From an uncultured Bacteroidales bacterium (lineage in GTDB: Bacteria; Bacteroidota; Bacteroidia; Bacteroidales; UBA3663): DNA of 47,829 bases. Positions within the stretch are counted from its first letter, which is position 1, and the number at the start of each line of letters is the position of its first letter. The DNA is taken from NCBI GenBank assembly GCA_902776605.1, contig CACYQQ010000009.1, forward strand, positions 1-47,829. Reading direction: 5' to 3'. The translations under genes were made by a program, and so were the position numbers. The notes under the pieces are model-generated. The model saw only the letters and a list, made by a program, of their open reading frames with translations, was not told where the DNA came from and ran no database searches. This document shows positions 39,779 through 47,829 of this stretch, piece by piece.

Positions 39779-40081
39779 ATGACAAAAGCAGAAATTGTAG
39801 CCAAGATCGCTAAAGAAACTGGACTTGATAAAGAGACCGTTTTGACTGTAGTTGAGCAGTTTATGTTGAAGGTTAAAGATTCTTTGGTTGATGGCCAGCC
39901 TGTATTCTTGCGTGGCTTCGGTAGCTTCATCATCAAGGAGCGTGCCACCAAGACCGCTCGTAACATCAAGGAAGAGCGTTCAATCATTATCCCTGCTCAC
40001 AATATCCCTGCGTTCAAGCCAGCTAAGAGCTTCATGGGTCGCGTGAGTGGTGATCTTGACATACAGGATGATGAGGATTAA
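39779..40081 (+). CDS. HU/IHF-family DNA-binding protein
   Basis: MTKAEIVAKIAKETGL ... FLRGFGSFIIKERATKTARNI ... IPAHNIPAFKPAKSF, the HU arm signature, with a short acidic tail. Confidence 0.9.
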   Translation: MTKAEIVAKIAKETGLDKETVLTVVEQFMLKVKDSLVDGQPVFLRGFGSFIIKERATKTARNIKEERSIIIPAHNIPAFKPAKSFMGRVSGDLDIQDDED

Positions 40082-40126
40082 AAAGTAAAAAATATCGTTT
40101 AACCATTTTTAAATTAACGTACAGCT

Positions 40127-40213
40127 ATGCCAAACGGTAAAAAGCACAAGCGTCATAAGATGGCAGTGCACAAGCGTAAAAAGCGTTTGCGCAAGAATCG
40201 CCATAAGCATTGA
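40127..40213 (+). CDS. 28-aa hyperbasic small protein, bS22-like (AURKAIP1/COX24-type) ribosomal protein candidate
   Basis: Own translation: MPNGKKHKRHKMAVHKRKKRLRKNRHKH-stop. Below the ORF-track cut-off. Lies between HU and a terminator hairpin. The K/R/H pattern KRxKMxxHKRKKRLRKxR resembles the small subunit protein bS22 as I recall it. Confidence 0.6.
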   Translation: MPNGKKHKRHKMAVHKRKKRLRKNRHKH

Positions 40214-40219
40214 TCTTAG

Positions 40220-40250
40220 ACAGGGGTGCACGTGTGTACCCCTGTTTCGT
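40220..40250 (+). terminator. Intrinsic terminator after the HU/small-basic-protein unit
   Basis: ACAGGGGT-gcacgtgtgt-ACCCCTGT followed by TTCGT. Confidence 0.55.
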
Positions 40251-40272
40251 TAATCCCTAATTTTGAACACGC

Positions 40273-41850
40273 ATGACAAGAGAAGTCGTCATCGATGTGC
40301 AACCGAAGGAGATTACTATCGGTCTCCTGGAGGACGGGCGATTGGCTGAATACCAGCGCGAGTCGCAGAACGCCTCTTTCTCGGTGGGTAACATCTATCT
40401 GGCTAAGGTTCGAAAACTGATGCCGGGACTGAACGCCGCTTTCGTCGATGTGGGATATGAAAAGGAGGGATTTATTCACTATCAGGACCTTGGCCCTCAC
40501 TTCAAGACGATGGCCAAGTTCGTCAAGCAGCAGCTCTCTGACCGGAAACATCTGCTCCCGATAGACAAGGTAAAGGCCGAGCCGGACCTCGAAAAGGATG
40601 GCACCGTCTCGGACGTCTTGCAACAAGGGCAGGAGATATTGGTACAGATAGCCAAAGAGCCTATTTCGACAAAGGGACCACGCCTGACAAGCGAGATCAG
40701 TCTTCCTGGTCGCTTCATGGTGCTGATGCCTTTCCAGAACAAGGTTTCGGTGTCCGCGAAAATCAAATCGAGCGAAGAGAAGAACCGCCTCAAGCAGATC
40801 ATCAATGGGATACGACCTAAGAGTTTCGGCGTAATCATCCGTACTTCCGCACAGGGAGCCGCCGCCGAAGACCTCGAACAGGAAATGTCCGCGCTCATGC
40901 ACCGATGGGAAGAGTCGATGCAAAAATTCATGAAAGGCCAGCTGCCGTCACTCATCTATGAGGAGACCAGCCGTGCTGTGGCATTACTTCGCGACATCTT
41001 CAACCCATCGTTCGAGAACATCTGGGTTAACGACCCAGCCACGTTCACTCAGATAAAGGAGTATGTCCATCTGATAGCCCCTGAAAAGGCAAACGTGGTT
41101 CACCTCTACGAGGGTGAATTACCCATTCTGGATAAGTTCGATGTGACCCGACAGATCAAGTCGTCGTTGGGTAAGACCGTCTCCTGCAAGGCAGGCGCCT
41201 ACATCATCATCGAACATACCGAGGCACTTCACGTCATCGACGTCAACAGTGGTCACCGCAGCCGTCAGGCCGACGATCAGGAGGAGAATGCCCTGGCTGT
41301 GGACTTGGCTGCCGCCGACGAGATTGCCCGTCAGATGCGACTCCGCGATATGGGAGGTATCGTCGTCATCGACTTTATCGACCTGGGTACCGCCGAGCAT
41401 CGTGAGCAACTCTTTCAGCACATGAAGACGCTGATGCAGTCGGACCGAGCCAAGCACAACATCCTGCCACTCAGTAAGTTCTGTCTGATGCAGATCACGC
41501 GTCAGCGTGTCCGTCCTGTGATGGATGTCCAGACGGCAGAGTCTTGCCCTGTGTGTGGCGGTAAGCATGTGGTCAAGCCCTCTATTCTCTTCCCCGAGAT
41601 GTTGGAGTCGAAGCTCGACTACTTGACTAACGAATTGAAAGTGAAGAAATTCTACCTGCACGTCCACCCGTTCGTTGCAGCGTTCCTGAAGAAGGGAGGC
41701 CTGTTCTCTCAGCTTTGGAAATGGAAATGGCGTTTCGGCTTCGGTCTGCACCTGGTGCCCGACCAAAGCATGGAACTCTTACAGTACAAGGTCAAGGATG
41801 CCGACCATGGCGAAGTTGACCTCAAACAACCTATAGACAATCATGTCTGA
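40273..41850 (+). CDS. rng: Rne/Rng-family ribonuclease (RNase G/E catalytic domain)
   Basis: S1 domain GNIYLAKVRKLMPGLNAAFVDVGYEKEGFIHYQDL. DNase-I-like/5'-sensor region follows, then TEALHVIDVNSG and GGIVVIDFID blocks, and a CPVCGG zinc link. 525 aa. Confidence 0.88.
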   Translation: MTREVVIDVQPKEITIGLLEDGRLAEYQRESQNASFSVGNIYLAKVRKLMPGLNAAFVDVGYEKEGFIHYQDLGPHFKTMAKFVKQQLSDRKHLLPIDKVKAEPDLEKDGTVSDVLQQGQEILVQIAKEPISTKGPRLTSEISLPGRFMVLMPFQNKVSVSAKIKSSEEKNRLKQIINGIRPKSFGVIIRTSAQGAAAEDLEQEMSALMHRWEESMQKFMKGQLPSLIYEETSRAVALLRDIFNPSFENIWVNDPATFTQIKEYVHLIAPEKANVVHLYEGELPILDKFDVTRQIKSSLGKTVSCKAGAYIIIEHTEALHVIDVNSGHRSRQADDQEENALAVDLAAADEIARQMRLRDMGGIVVIDFIDLGTAEHREQLFQHMKTLMQSDRAKHNILPLSKFCLMQITRQRVRPVMDVQTAESCPVCGGKHVVKPSILFPEMLESKLDYLTNELKVKKFYLHVHPFVAAFLKKGGLFSQLWKWKWRFGFGLHLVPDQSMELLQYKVKDADHGEVDLKQPIDNHV

Positions 41851-41854
41851 ATAT

Positions 41855-41891
41855 AAAATGCCCTCTATTGAATGAATAGGGGGCATTTTTT
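41855..41891 (+). terminator. Intrinsic terminator after rng
   Basis: AAAATGCCCTCTATT-gaatg-AATAGGGGGCATTTTTT. Confidence 0.75.
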
Positions 41892-41895
41892 GAAG

Positions 41896-41930
41896 GACCC
41901 CCTCCCAGCCTCCCCAAAAAGGGGAGGGGA
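41896..41930. repeat. CCCTCCCC/GGGGAGGG hairpin element (copy 2)
   Basis: GGACCCCCTCCCAGCCTCCCCAAAAAGGGGAGGGGA. Related to 26273-26310. Confidence 0.8.
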
Positions 41931-41994
41931 TTGGACGGTTGCTGGAAGACTTCAACCGAACCTCACAGAGGGGAGAAATTTAGTGTCGTAGGAA

Positions 41995-42052
41995 TAGTAA
42001 GTAATTTGTAATTAGTAATTTGTAATTGTTATCTAATAACTAATAACTTTAA
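41995..42052. repeat. Paired word repeats (GTAATTTGTAATT x2; TAATAAC x2)
   Basis: GTAAGTAATTTGTAATTAGTAATTTGTAATTGTTATCTAATAACTAATAACTTTAACC. TAATAACTAATAACT also occurs at 18044-18058, and GTAATT words at 3598-3625. Confidence 0.85.
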
Positions 42053-42066
42053 CCTCTTGGTTAACC

Positions 42067-43641
42067 ATGTCGAAGATTTTATTGACCGATGCGTTGGGCA
42101 GAATGCCACAGACGCGGATGAAGCAACCCGTCAACTTCTGTCTCGGGGAGGGCGAACATATTGCCATCATGGGACCGAACGGAGGGGGCAAGAGTTGCCT
42201 CGTTGACTTGTTGACAGGTAAGAACCTGTTGATGCAGGGTACGTTGACTTATGATTTTGGCCCGGGCGTCAAGCCGTCGGCGTATGGCAACATCGTCCAG
42301 CTGACATTCGAGGATGCCTTGGGGTCGGTCGAGAAACCCTATTATTTCCAGCAGCGTTTCAACTCGCAGGACCGAGATGAGTCGCCACTGGTGTCGGCGG
42401 TGTTGAAACGCGCCTTGGCATCGGGAAATGTCTCAGCCTCAGGACTTTCGGCCGACGAGGCACGTGCCGCAGGACATGGTTTGACCGAAGAAGAGGCGCG
42501 GGAGGCGGGTGCCGAGGATGATGCAGAATTCCTGGCCAATCCGTTGTTGGACACTTTCCAGATGCGTCCGTTGCTCCAGAAGCGTATGGTGCTGCTGTCG
42601 AGCGGCGAAATGCGTCGTTATCAGTTGTTTAAGTACCTGATCAAGCAGCCCAAGGTGCTCATTGTCGATAACCCATTCATCGGGTTGGATGCCCCGATGC
42701 GCGAGCAGTTGGATGGATTCTTCAGCCGATTGGTCGAAGAACATCAGGTGCAGATTATCATGGTATTGTCGATGCTGGACAGCGTGCCCGAGTACATCAC
42801 GCATGTGGTGCAGGTGGCCGATATGCAAGTGGGTGAGAAACAGACACGTACGGAGTATCTCGCAACGTTGCCCGACTTCAAGAAAGCGCCGGCAAGTCTG
42901 CTGACTGATGAATTGCGAAAAGCGATACTCGACTTGCCGGTTCATCCGATGGCGAACCTGACGGAAGACGGCAGTGAGACCGACGAGATTATCTCTATCC
43001 GAAACCTGAGTTTGCCTTTGCCCGATACCGACCGGGTGCTTTATAACGGGTTGAATTGGACGGTACGGCGAGGCGAGAAATGGGCCTTGCAGGGTCGAAA
43101 TGGTGCCGGCAAATCGACCTTGTTAAGTTTGATATGTGCCGATCATCCAGCCGCTTACGCTTGCGACATCAGTCTGTTCGGCCGTCGTCGTGGTACGGGC
43201 GAGAGCATCTGGGAAATCAAGAAACACATCGGTTTCGTGTCGCCCGAGTTCCATCGAGCCTACAAAGAGAACCGCCCGGCCATCGACATCGTGGCATCGG
43301 GTCTGCACGATTCGGTCGGCCTATACAAGAAACCGCGTCCCGAACAGGTGGATGTGTGCCGATTGTGGATGCGCGTGTTTGGCATCGAGCACTTACAGGA
43401 CCGACTCTTCCTGACGCTGTCGGCCGGCGAGCAACGCCTCTGTCTGTTGGCGCGCGCCTTTGTCAAAGACCCCGCCCTCTTGATATTGGACGAACCGTTG
43501 CACGGTCTGGATACCTATCGCCGAAATCTGGTACGGGCCGTGATAGGTGCATTCTGTCAGCGACCGGACAAGACCCTCATCATGGTGACGCATTACGTGG
43601 AAGAACTGCCAACCGATATTGCACAAAAATTGATGCTATAG
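42067..43641 (+). CDS. Tandem-ATPase ABC protein without membrane domain (ModF-like)
   Basis: Two Walker A sites (GPNGGGKS, GRNGAGKST), two signature motifs (LSSGEMRR, LSAGEQRL) and Walker B sites (VLIVDNP, LLILDEP). An acidic insert ...EEAREAGAEDDAEF lies in the first domain. Confidence 0.85.
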   Translation: MSKILLTDALGRMPQTRMKQPVNFCLGEGEHIAIMGPNGGGKSCLVDLLTGKNLLMQGTLTYDFGPGVKPSAYGNIVQLTFEDALGSVEKPYYFQQRFNSQDRDESPLVSAVLKRALASGNVSASGLSADEARAAGHGLTEEEAREAGAEDDAEFLANPLLDTFQMRPLLQKRMVLLSSGEMRRYQLFKYLIKQPKVLIVDNPFIGLDAPMREQLDGFFSRLVEEHQVQIIMVLSMLDSVPEYITHVVQVADMQVGEKQTRTEYLATLPDFKKAPASLLTDELRKAILDLPVHPMANLTEDGSETDEIISIRNLSLPLPDTDRVLYNGLNWTVRRGEKWALQGRNGAGKSTLLSLICADHPAAYACDISLFGRRRGTGESIWEIKKHIGFVSPEFHRAYKENRPAIDIVASGLHDSVGLYKKPRPEQVDVCRLWMRVFGIEHLQDRLFLTLSAGEQRLCLLARAFVKDPALLILDEPLHGLDTYRRNLVRAVIGAFCQRPDKTLIMVTHYVEELPTDIAQKLML

Positions 43642-43748
43642 GGAAGAATTAGTCGCATTTTGATGGTCTTTTGTAGCAAAATAAAAGAAAAATGTCGGGA
43701 AAAGTTATTTTTCTGACATTTTTTTGTCAGTTATTGAAATATAATTGT

Positions 43749-43756
43749 TATCTTTG
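43749..43756 (+). promoter_or_regulatory. -7 promoter box (TATCTTTG) for the ilv genes
   Basis: About 130 nt upstream of ATG 43885. Confidence 0.45.
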
Positions 43757-43884
43757 CGAACTGCATCACAAATGGGTGAGCGAATAAAAAGTGAATAATA
43801 ATTAGAGGCATATAGCCGACGGTTGCCATTGCGTTATTAAATTAAGTGTCTTGGTGCAATCTGTCGGCCCTAAATTATCCTGAA

Positions 43885-45690
43885 ATGAAGATACAACTCC
43901 GTAGTGCCCAGACCACAGAAGGTCGTCGTATGGCTGGCGCCCGCGCCTTGTGGGTAGCCAATGGTATGAAGAGAGAGCAGTTCGGCAAACCTATTATTGC
44001 CATTGTCAATTCCTTTACACAGTTTGTTCCAGGACATACCCACCTGCACGAAATCGGTCAGATTGTCAAGGCCGAGATCGAGAAACTTGGTTGCTATGCC
44101 GCTGAGTTTAATACCATTGCCGTGGACGATGGTATTGCCATGGGTCATGACGGTATGCTCTATAGTTTGCCGTCGCGCGACGTGATTGCCGACTCGGTGG
44201 AGTATATGGTCAATGCCCACAAGGCCGATGCCATGATCTGTATCTCCAACTGCGACAAGGTGACTCCCGGTATGTTGATGGCCGCCATGCGACTCAACAT
44301 TCCTGCCGTGTTCTGTAGCGGTGGCCCGATGGAGGCAGGTAAGGTGAATGGCGAAAATGCCGACCTCATCACCGCCATGATCAAAGGCGGTGACCCAACC
44401 GTCAGCGACGAGGAGTTGGACATTGTGGAGCACTCGGCTTGTCCGGGTTGCGGTGCCTGCTCGGGTATGTTTACCGCCAACTCGATGAACTCCCTGACCG
44501 AGGCTATCGGACTATCGTTGCCTGGCAACGGTTCCATTCTTGCCACCCATGCCAACCGCATCCAGCTCTTCAAGGATGCGGCCAAACTGATTGTCAAGAA
44601 CGCCTTTAAATATTATGAGGAGGGCGACGCAAGTGTCCTGCCTCGCAGCATCGCTACCCGTCAGGCATTCCTCAATGCCATGACATTGGATATTGCCATG
44701 GGTGCATCGACCAACACCGTGCTGCACCTTTTGGCTGTGGCACAGGAGGCAGAGGTCGATTTCAAGATGTCGGACATTGATGCCCTGAGCCGTAAGGTGC
44801 CTTTCCTCTGTAAGTTGGCCCCTAATTGGCAGAAATACAGCATTCAGGAGGAGAACCGCGCCGGCGGTATCCTCGGCATCTTGGGTGAGTTGGCCAAAGG
44901 CAATTTGCTCGACCTCTCTTGCAAGCGCGTCAACGGTGCTACCCTTGGCGAAGATATCAAGAAATACAGCATCACGGGTGCCACTATCGACCCCGAAGCC
45001 AAGCGTATCTACTCTTCGGCACCGGGCGGAAAGTTCTCGACCGTCATGGGTAGTCAGAATACCCAGTGGCCAAGCCTCGACACCGACCGCGTGAATGGTT
45101 GTATCCGCGACATCGAACATGCCTACACCAAGGACGGCGGTATGGCGGTACTCTTCGGCAACATCGCACAAGACGGTTGTGTGGTCAAGACGGCCGGCGT
45201 TGCACCTGAACTCTGGCACTTCGAGGGTCCTGCCGTAGTCTTTGACAGTCAGGAAGATGCTTGCGAGGGTATCCTGGGTGGTAAGGTCAAGAAAGGCGAC
45301 TGCGTAGTCATCACTCACGAGGGTCCAAAGGGCGGTCCGGGTATGCAGGAGATGCTCTATCCAACCTCTTATATCAAGTCCATGCACATGGGCAAGGAGT
45401 GTGCCTTGATTACTGATGGCCGCTTCTCTGGCGGTACGTCGGGTCTCTCTATCGGCCACATCAGTCCAGAAGCTGCTTCCGGTGGCAATATCGGCAAGAT
45501 CAAGGACGGCGACATCATCGTCATCGACATCCCATCGCGCAGCATCAACGTCAAACTCTCGGACGAGGAATTGGCTGCCCGTCCACAGCAACCACTCAAA
45601 CGCAAGCGCGTGGTCAGCAAGGCTTTACGTGCCTATGCCCAAAGCGTGAGCAGCGCCGACAAGGGAGGAGTGAGAATTATTGCTGAGTAA
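43885..45690 (+). CDS. ilvD: Dihydroxy-acid dehydratase
   Basis: [27 protein letters not shown] (cluster Cys), [15 protein letters not shown] and [17 protein letters not shown] 43885 is preferred to the upstream GTG 43846. Confidence 0.93.
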   Translation: MKIQLRSAQTTEGRRMAGARALWVANGMKREQFGKPIIAIVNSFTQFVPGHTHLHEIGQIVKAEIEKLGCYAAEFNTIAVDDGIAMGHDGMLYSLPSRDVIADSVEYMVNAHKADAMICISNCDKVTPGMLMAAMRLNIPAVFCSGGPMEAGKVNGENADLITAMIKGGDPTVSDEELDIVEHSACPGCGACSGMFTANSMNSLTEAIGLSLPGNGSILATHANRIQLFKDAAKLIVKNAFKYYEEGDASVLPRSIATRQAFLNAMTLDIAMGASTNTVLHLLAVAQEAEVDFKMSDIDALSRKVPFLCKLAPNWQKYSIQEENRAGGILGILGELAKGNLLDLSCKRVNGATLGEDIKKYSITGATIDPEAKRIYSSAPGGKFSTVMGSQNTQWPSLDTDRVNGCIRDIEHAYTKDGGMAVLFGNIAQDGCVVKTAGVAPELWHFEGPAVVFDSQEDACEGILGGKVKKGDCVVITHEGPKGGPGMQEMLYPTSYIKSMHMGKECALITDGRFSGGTSGLSIGHISPEAASGGNIGKIKDGDIIVIDIPSRSINVKLSDEELAARPQQPLKRKRVVSKALRAYAQSVSSADKGGVRIIAE

Positions 45691-45805
45691 AAAGCCTTGA
45701 ACAGATCTCGGTTCAAGACTCTTTACTCAGGCAAAAATATTAAATACTAAATAATAAATATTAGCCGACTCACGGTTTTTAACCATAGCCCATATTAGAT
45801 TTATA

Positions 45806-47500
45806 ATGGAAAAAATCAGCGGAGCAGAAGCTTTGATGCGTAGTTTGGAGCATGAGGGCGTCGATGTCCTTTTCGGATATCCTGGCGGATCGATCATGCC
45901 AACCTACGATGCACTCTATGATCACAAGAAGACATTGAACCACATCTTGGTGCGCCATGAGCAGGCAGCAGTACATGCCGCTCAGGGTTATGCCCGAGTG
46001 AGTGGCAAGGTGGGTTGCTGCATCGTCACCTCGGGTCCTGGTGCCATGAACACCATCACGGGTGTGGCCGATGCGATGATTGACTCTACTCCTTTGGTAG
46101 TCATTTGCGGTCAGGTAGGCGCTTCTGTGTTGGGTACCGATGCCTTTCAGGAGGTCGATGTGGTGGGTGTTACCCAACCAATCACGAAGTGGAACTTCCA
46201 GATTCGTCGCGCCGAAGATATAGCTTGGGCCGTGGCGCGTGCTTTCTATATCGCCAAGTCGGGTCGCCCTGGTCCGGTCGTGCTCGACTTTGCCAAGAAC
46301 GCACAGACCGCCCTCATCGAGTATGAGCCACAGAAGGTCAACTTCATCCGTTCGTATGTGCCTGTGCCTGAGCCTGCTGAGGGTGTCATCGAACAGGCTG
46401 CCAAGATGATCAACGAGAGCGTCAAACCGTTCATGTTGGTGGGTCAAGGTGTTGAGTTGGCCAATGCGCAACCCGAACTTTTGGCCTTGTGCGAGAAGGC
46501 GCAGATTCCTTTCGGAACAACGTTCCTCGGACTCTCGGCTGCCCCTACCGACCATCCGTTGAACATGGGTCGTTTGGGTATGCACGGTAACCTCGGTCCG
46601 AACGTGATGACCAACCAGTGTGACTTGCTCATCGCGGTGGGTATGCGTTTCGACGACCGCGTGACGGGCAACTTGACCACCTATGCCAAGCAAGCCAAGA
46701 TCATTCATTTCGAGATTGACCCCTCGGAGATCAACAAGAACGTCAAAGTCAACCTGGCGGTGTTGGGCGATTGCAAACAGACCCTTGCTGCCGTCAATAA
46801 GTTGGTCGATGCCACCAAGCACGAACAGTGGATTGCTGGCTTCAAGCCATATGCCGAGAAGGAATATAATAAGGTTATCGAACCAGCCCTTTTTCCGAAG
46901 GAGGGACCCCTCTTGATGGGTGAGATTGTGCGCAAGGTGAGTGAAGCCGCCAATAACGAGGCTATCCTCGTCACCGATGTCGGACAGAATCAGATGTTTG
47001 GTTGCCGTTACTTCAAGTTCACCAAGCCCCATTCGGTAGTTACCAGTGGTGGTTGCGGTACGATGGGATTCGGCATTCCAGCAGCCATCGGAGCTACTTT
47101 CGGTGCACCCGACCGCACGGTCTGCATGTTCTGTGGCGATGGTGGTTTCCAGATGACCATCCAGGAGTTGGGCACCATCATGGAACAGCAGTGTCCCGTC
47201 AAGATGATCTTGCTCAATAACAACTACTTGGGCAACGTCCGTCAGTGGCAATATATGTTCTTCAACAAGCGCTATTCGTTCACACCGATGTGCAACCCCG
47301 ACTTCGAGAAGATTGCCGAGGGCTACAATATCCCTTGTCGTACTGTCGTGGAACGCAAGGACTTGGATGCTGCCATCCGCGAGATGTTGGACACCAAGGG
47401 TCCGTTCCTGTTGCAGTGTGCCGTCATGGAAGAGGACAATGTCCTGCCAATGACCCCTCCAGGCGGTAATGTTGATGAAATGTTGTTAGAGGTTAAGTAA
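45806..47500 (+). CDS. ilvB: Acetolactate synthase (biosynthetic type), large catalytic subunit
   Basis: GAEALMRSLEHEGVDVLFGYPGG, and the ThDP motif GDGGFQM...NN. Confidence 0.93.
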   Translation: MEKISGAEALMRSLEHEGVDVLFGYPGGSIMPTYDALYDHKKTLNHILVRHEQAAVHAAQGYARVSGKVGCCIVTSGPGAMNTITGVADAMIDSTPLVVICGQVGASVLGTDAFQEVDVVGVTQPITKWNFQIRRAEDIAWAVARAFYIAKSGRPGPVVLDFAKNAQTALIEYEPQKVNFIRSYVPVPEPAEGVIEQAAKMINESVKPFMLVGQGVELANAQPELLALCEKAQIPFGTTFLGLSAAPTDHPLNMGRLGMHGNLGPNVMTNQCDLLIAVGMRFDDRVTGNLTTYAKQAKIIHFEIDPSEINKNVKVNLAVLGDCKQTLAAVNKLVDATKHEQWIAGFKPYAEKEYNKVIEPALFPKEGPLLMGEIVRKVSEAANNEAILVTDVGQNQMFGCRYFKFTKPHSVVTSGGCGTMGFGIPAAIGATFGAPDRTVCMFCGDGGFQMTIQELGTIMEQQCPVKMILLNNNYLGNVRQWQYMFFNKRYSFTPMCNPDFEKIAEGYNIPCRTVVERKDLDAAIREMLDTKGPFLLQCAVMEEDNVLPMTPPGGNVDEMLLEVK

Positions 47501-47509
47501 GAGTATATT

Positions 47510-47829
47510 ATGGAACAAGAAAAGAAATATGGAGCTGCCGAGTGCGGCGATTGCAATACTTGTCCGCGTAATTGCAACGGTCAGAATGACAATGAGATAG
47601 ACCCAGCTCAGGAGGCTCTCGATGCTGCTGTGTTGGCTGCCGCTGCCGTTGACCGTAACTCTTACGAGAAGAACCTCTATCGCGAGCGTGCTGCCACTCT
47701 GGCCGAGGACGAGAAAGCCAGTGGTTATCATGAGCGTTTCTCCAAGAATGCTGTCGTGGCTCCTGCCACACCAGGCAAGGAGGGTTCTTTGCTCAACCAG
47801 AGTCATGCCGGTCTGACGCTCTACACCTT
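47510..47829 (+). CDS. Partial ORF (106 codons, open to window end): probable acetolactate synthase small subunit with a Cys-rich N-terminal extension
   Basis: Own translation: MEQEKKYGAAECGDCNTCPRNCNGQNDNEIDPAQEALDAAVLAAAAVDRNSYEKNLYRERAATLAEDEKASGYHERFSKNAVVAPATPGKEGSLLNQSHAGLTLYT. 9 nt after the ilvB stop, and no stop before the edge. The ilvN call rests on position only (the ACT domain would start about where the window ends). Confidence 0.5.
   Translation, partial: MEQEKKYGAAECGDCNTCPRNCNGQNDNEIDPAQEALDAAVLAAAAVDRNSYEKNLYRERAATLAEDEKASGYHERFSKNAVVAPATPGKEGSLLNQSHAGLTLYT

Noticed and set aside
40258-40265. TAATTTTG box 8 nt upstream of the rng ATG as its promoter
   Set aside because: The spacing would put the transcription start on or past the start codon. 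It may be a chance match in an A/T-rich leader, or rng may be transcribed by read-through, so I do not call it.

Overview
A 47.8-kb chromosomal segment that looks Bacteroidota, probably Prevotellaceae-like. Supporting signs are TAnnTTTG -7 promoter boxes about 15-60 nt upstream of many start codons, no Shine-Dalgarno sequences, a tmRNA encoding the tag GENNYALAA, and T9SS-like C-terminal tails. I call about 43 protein genes plus one tmRNA.

Gene content from left to right:
- a partial M28 peptidase/glutaminyl-cyclase-like gene
- an rseC-like gene followed by rnfBCDGEA
- a stand-alone multidomain GH10 xylanase
- a LiaF-like membrane protein, an HD hydrolase and a DUF2809-like protein
- a 754-aa TlpA-like thioredoxin-fold protein
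- a 3.7-kb mostly non-coding accessory segment holding two copies of a large structured repeat around two orphan genes, abutting ssrA (tmRNA)
- a 9-kb type-II-FAS-like, aryl-polyene/flexirubin-type lipid locus (KAS, ACP, two FabZ-like dehydratases, an MMPL exporter broken by an in-frame TAG, a CrtI-like oxidoreductase, FabG, a LolA-like protein and a thioesterase)
- a 2-kb A+T-rich three-ORF islet of unknown function
- a small secreted protein and a 5'-nucleotidase
- an aldo-keto reductase, GHMP kinase and nucleotidyltransferase sugar-activation cassette
- a beta-helix secreted protein, ssb, mutY, HU, an unannotated 28-aa hyperbasic protein, RNase G/E and a double ABC ATPase
- ilvD, ilvB and the start of a probable ilvN with an N-terminal extension

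The intergenic spacers are unusual. Almost all contain short tandem word repeats, often in identical pairs. There are also three dispersed repeat families.

Most worth follow-up:
1. the duplicated structured non-coding element with a 67-bp hairpin array next to ssrA
2. the compositionally foreign TPR-containing islet at 27.7-29.7 kb
3. the interrupted exporter in the lipid locus

All protein family calls come from my own reading of motifs. No database search was run.
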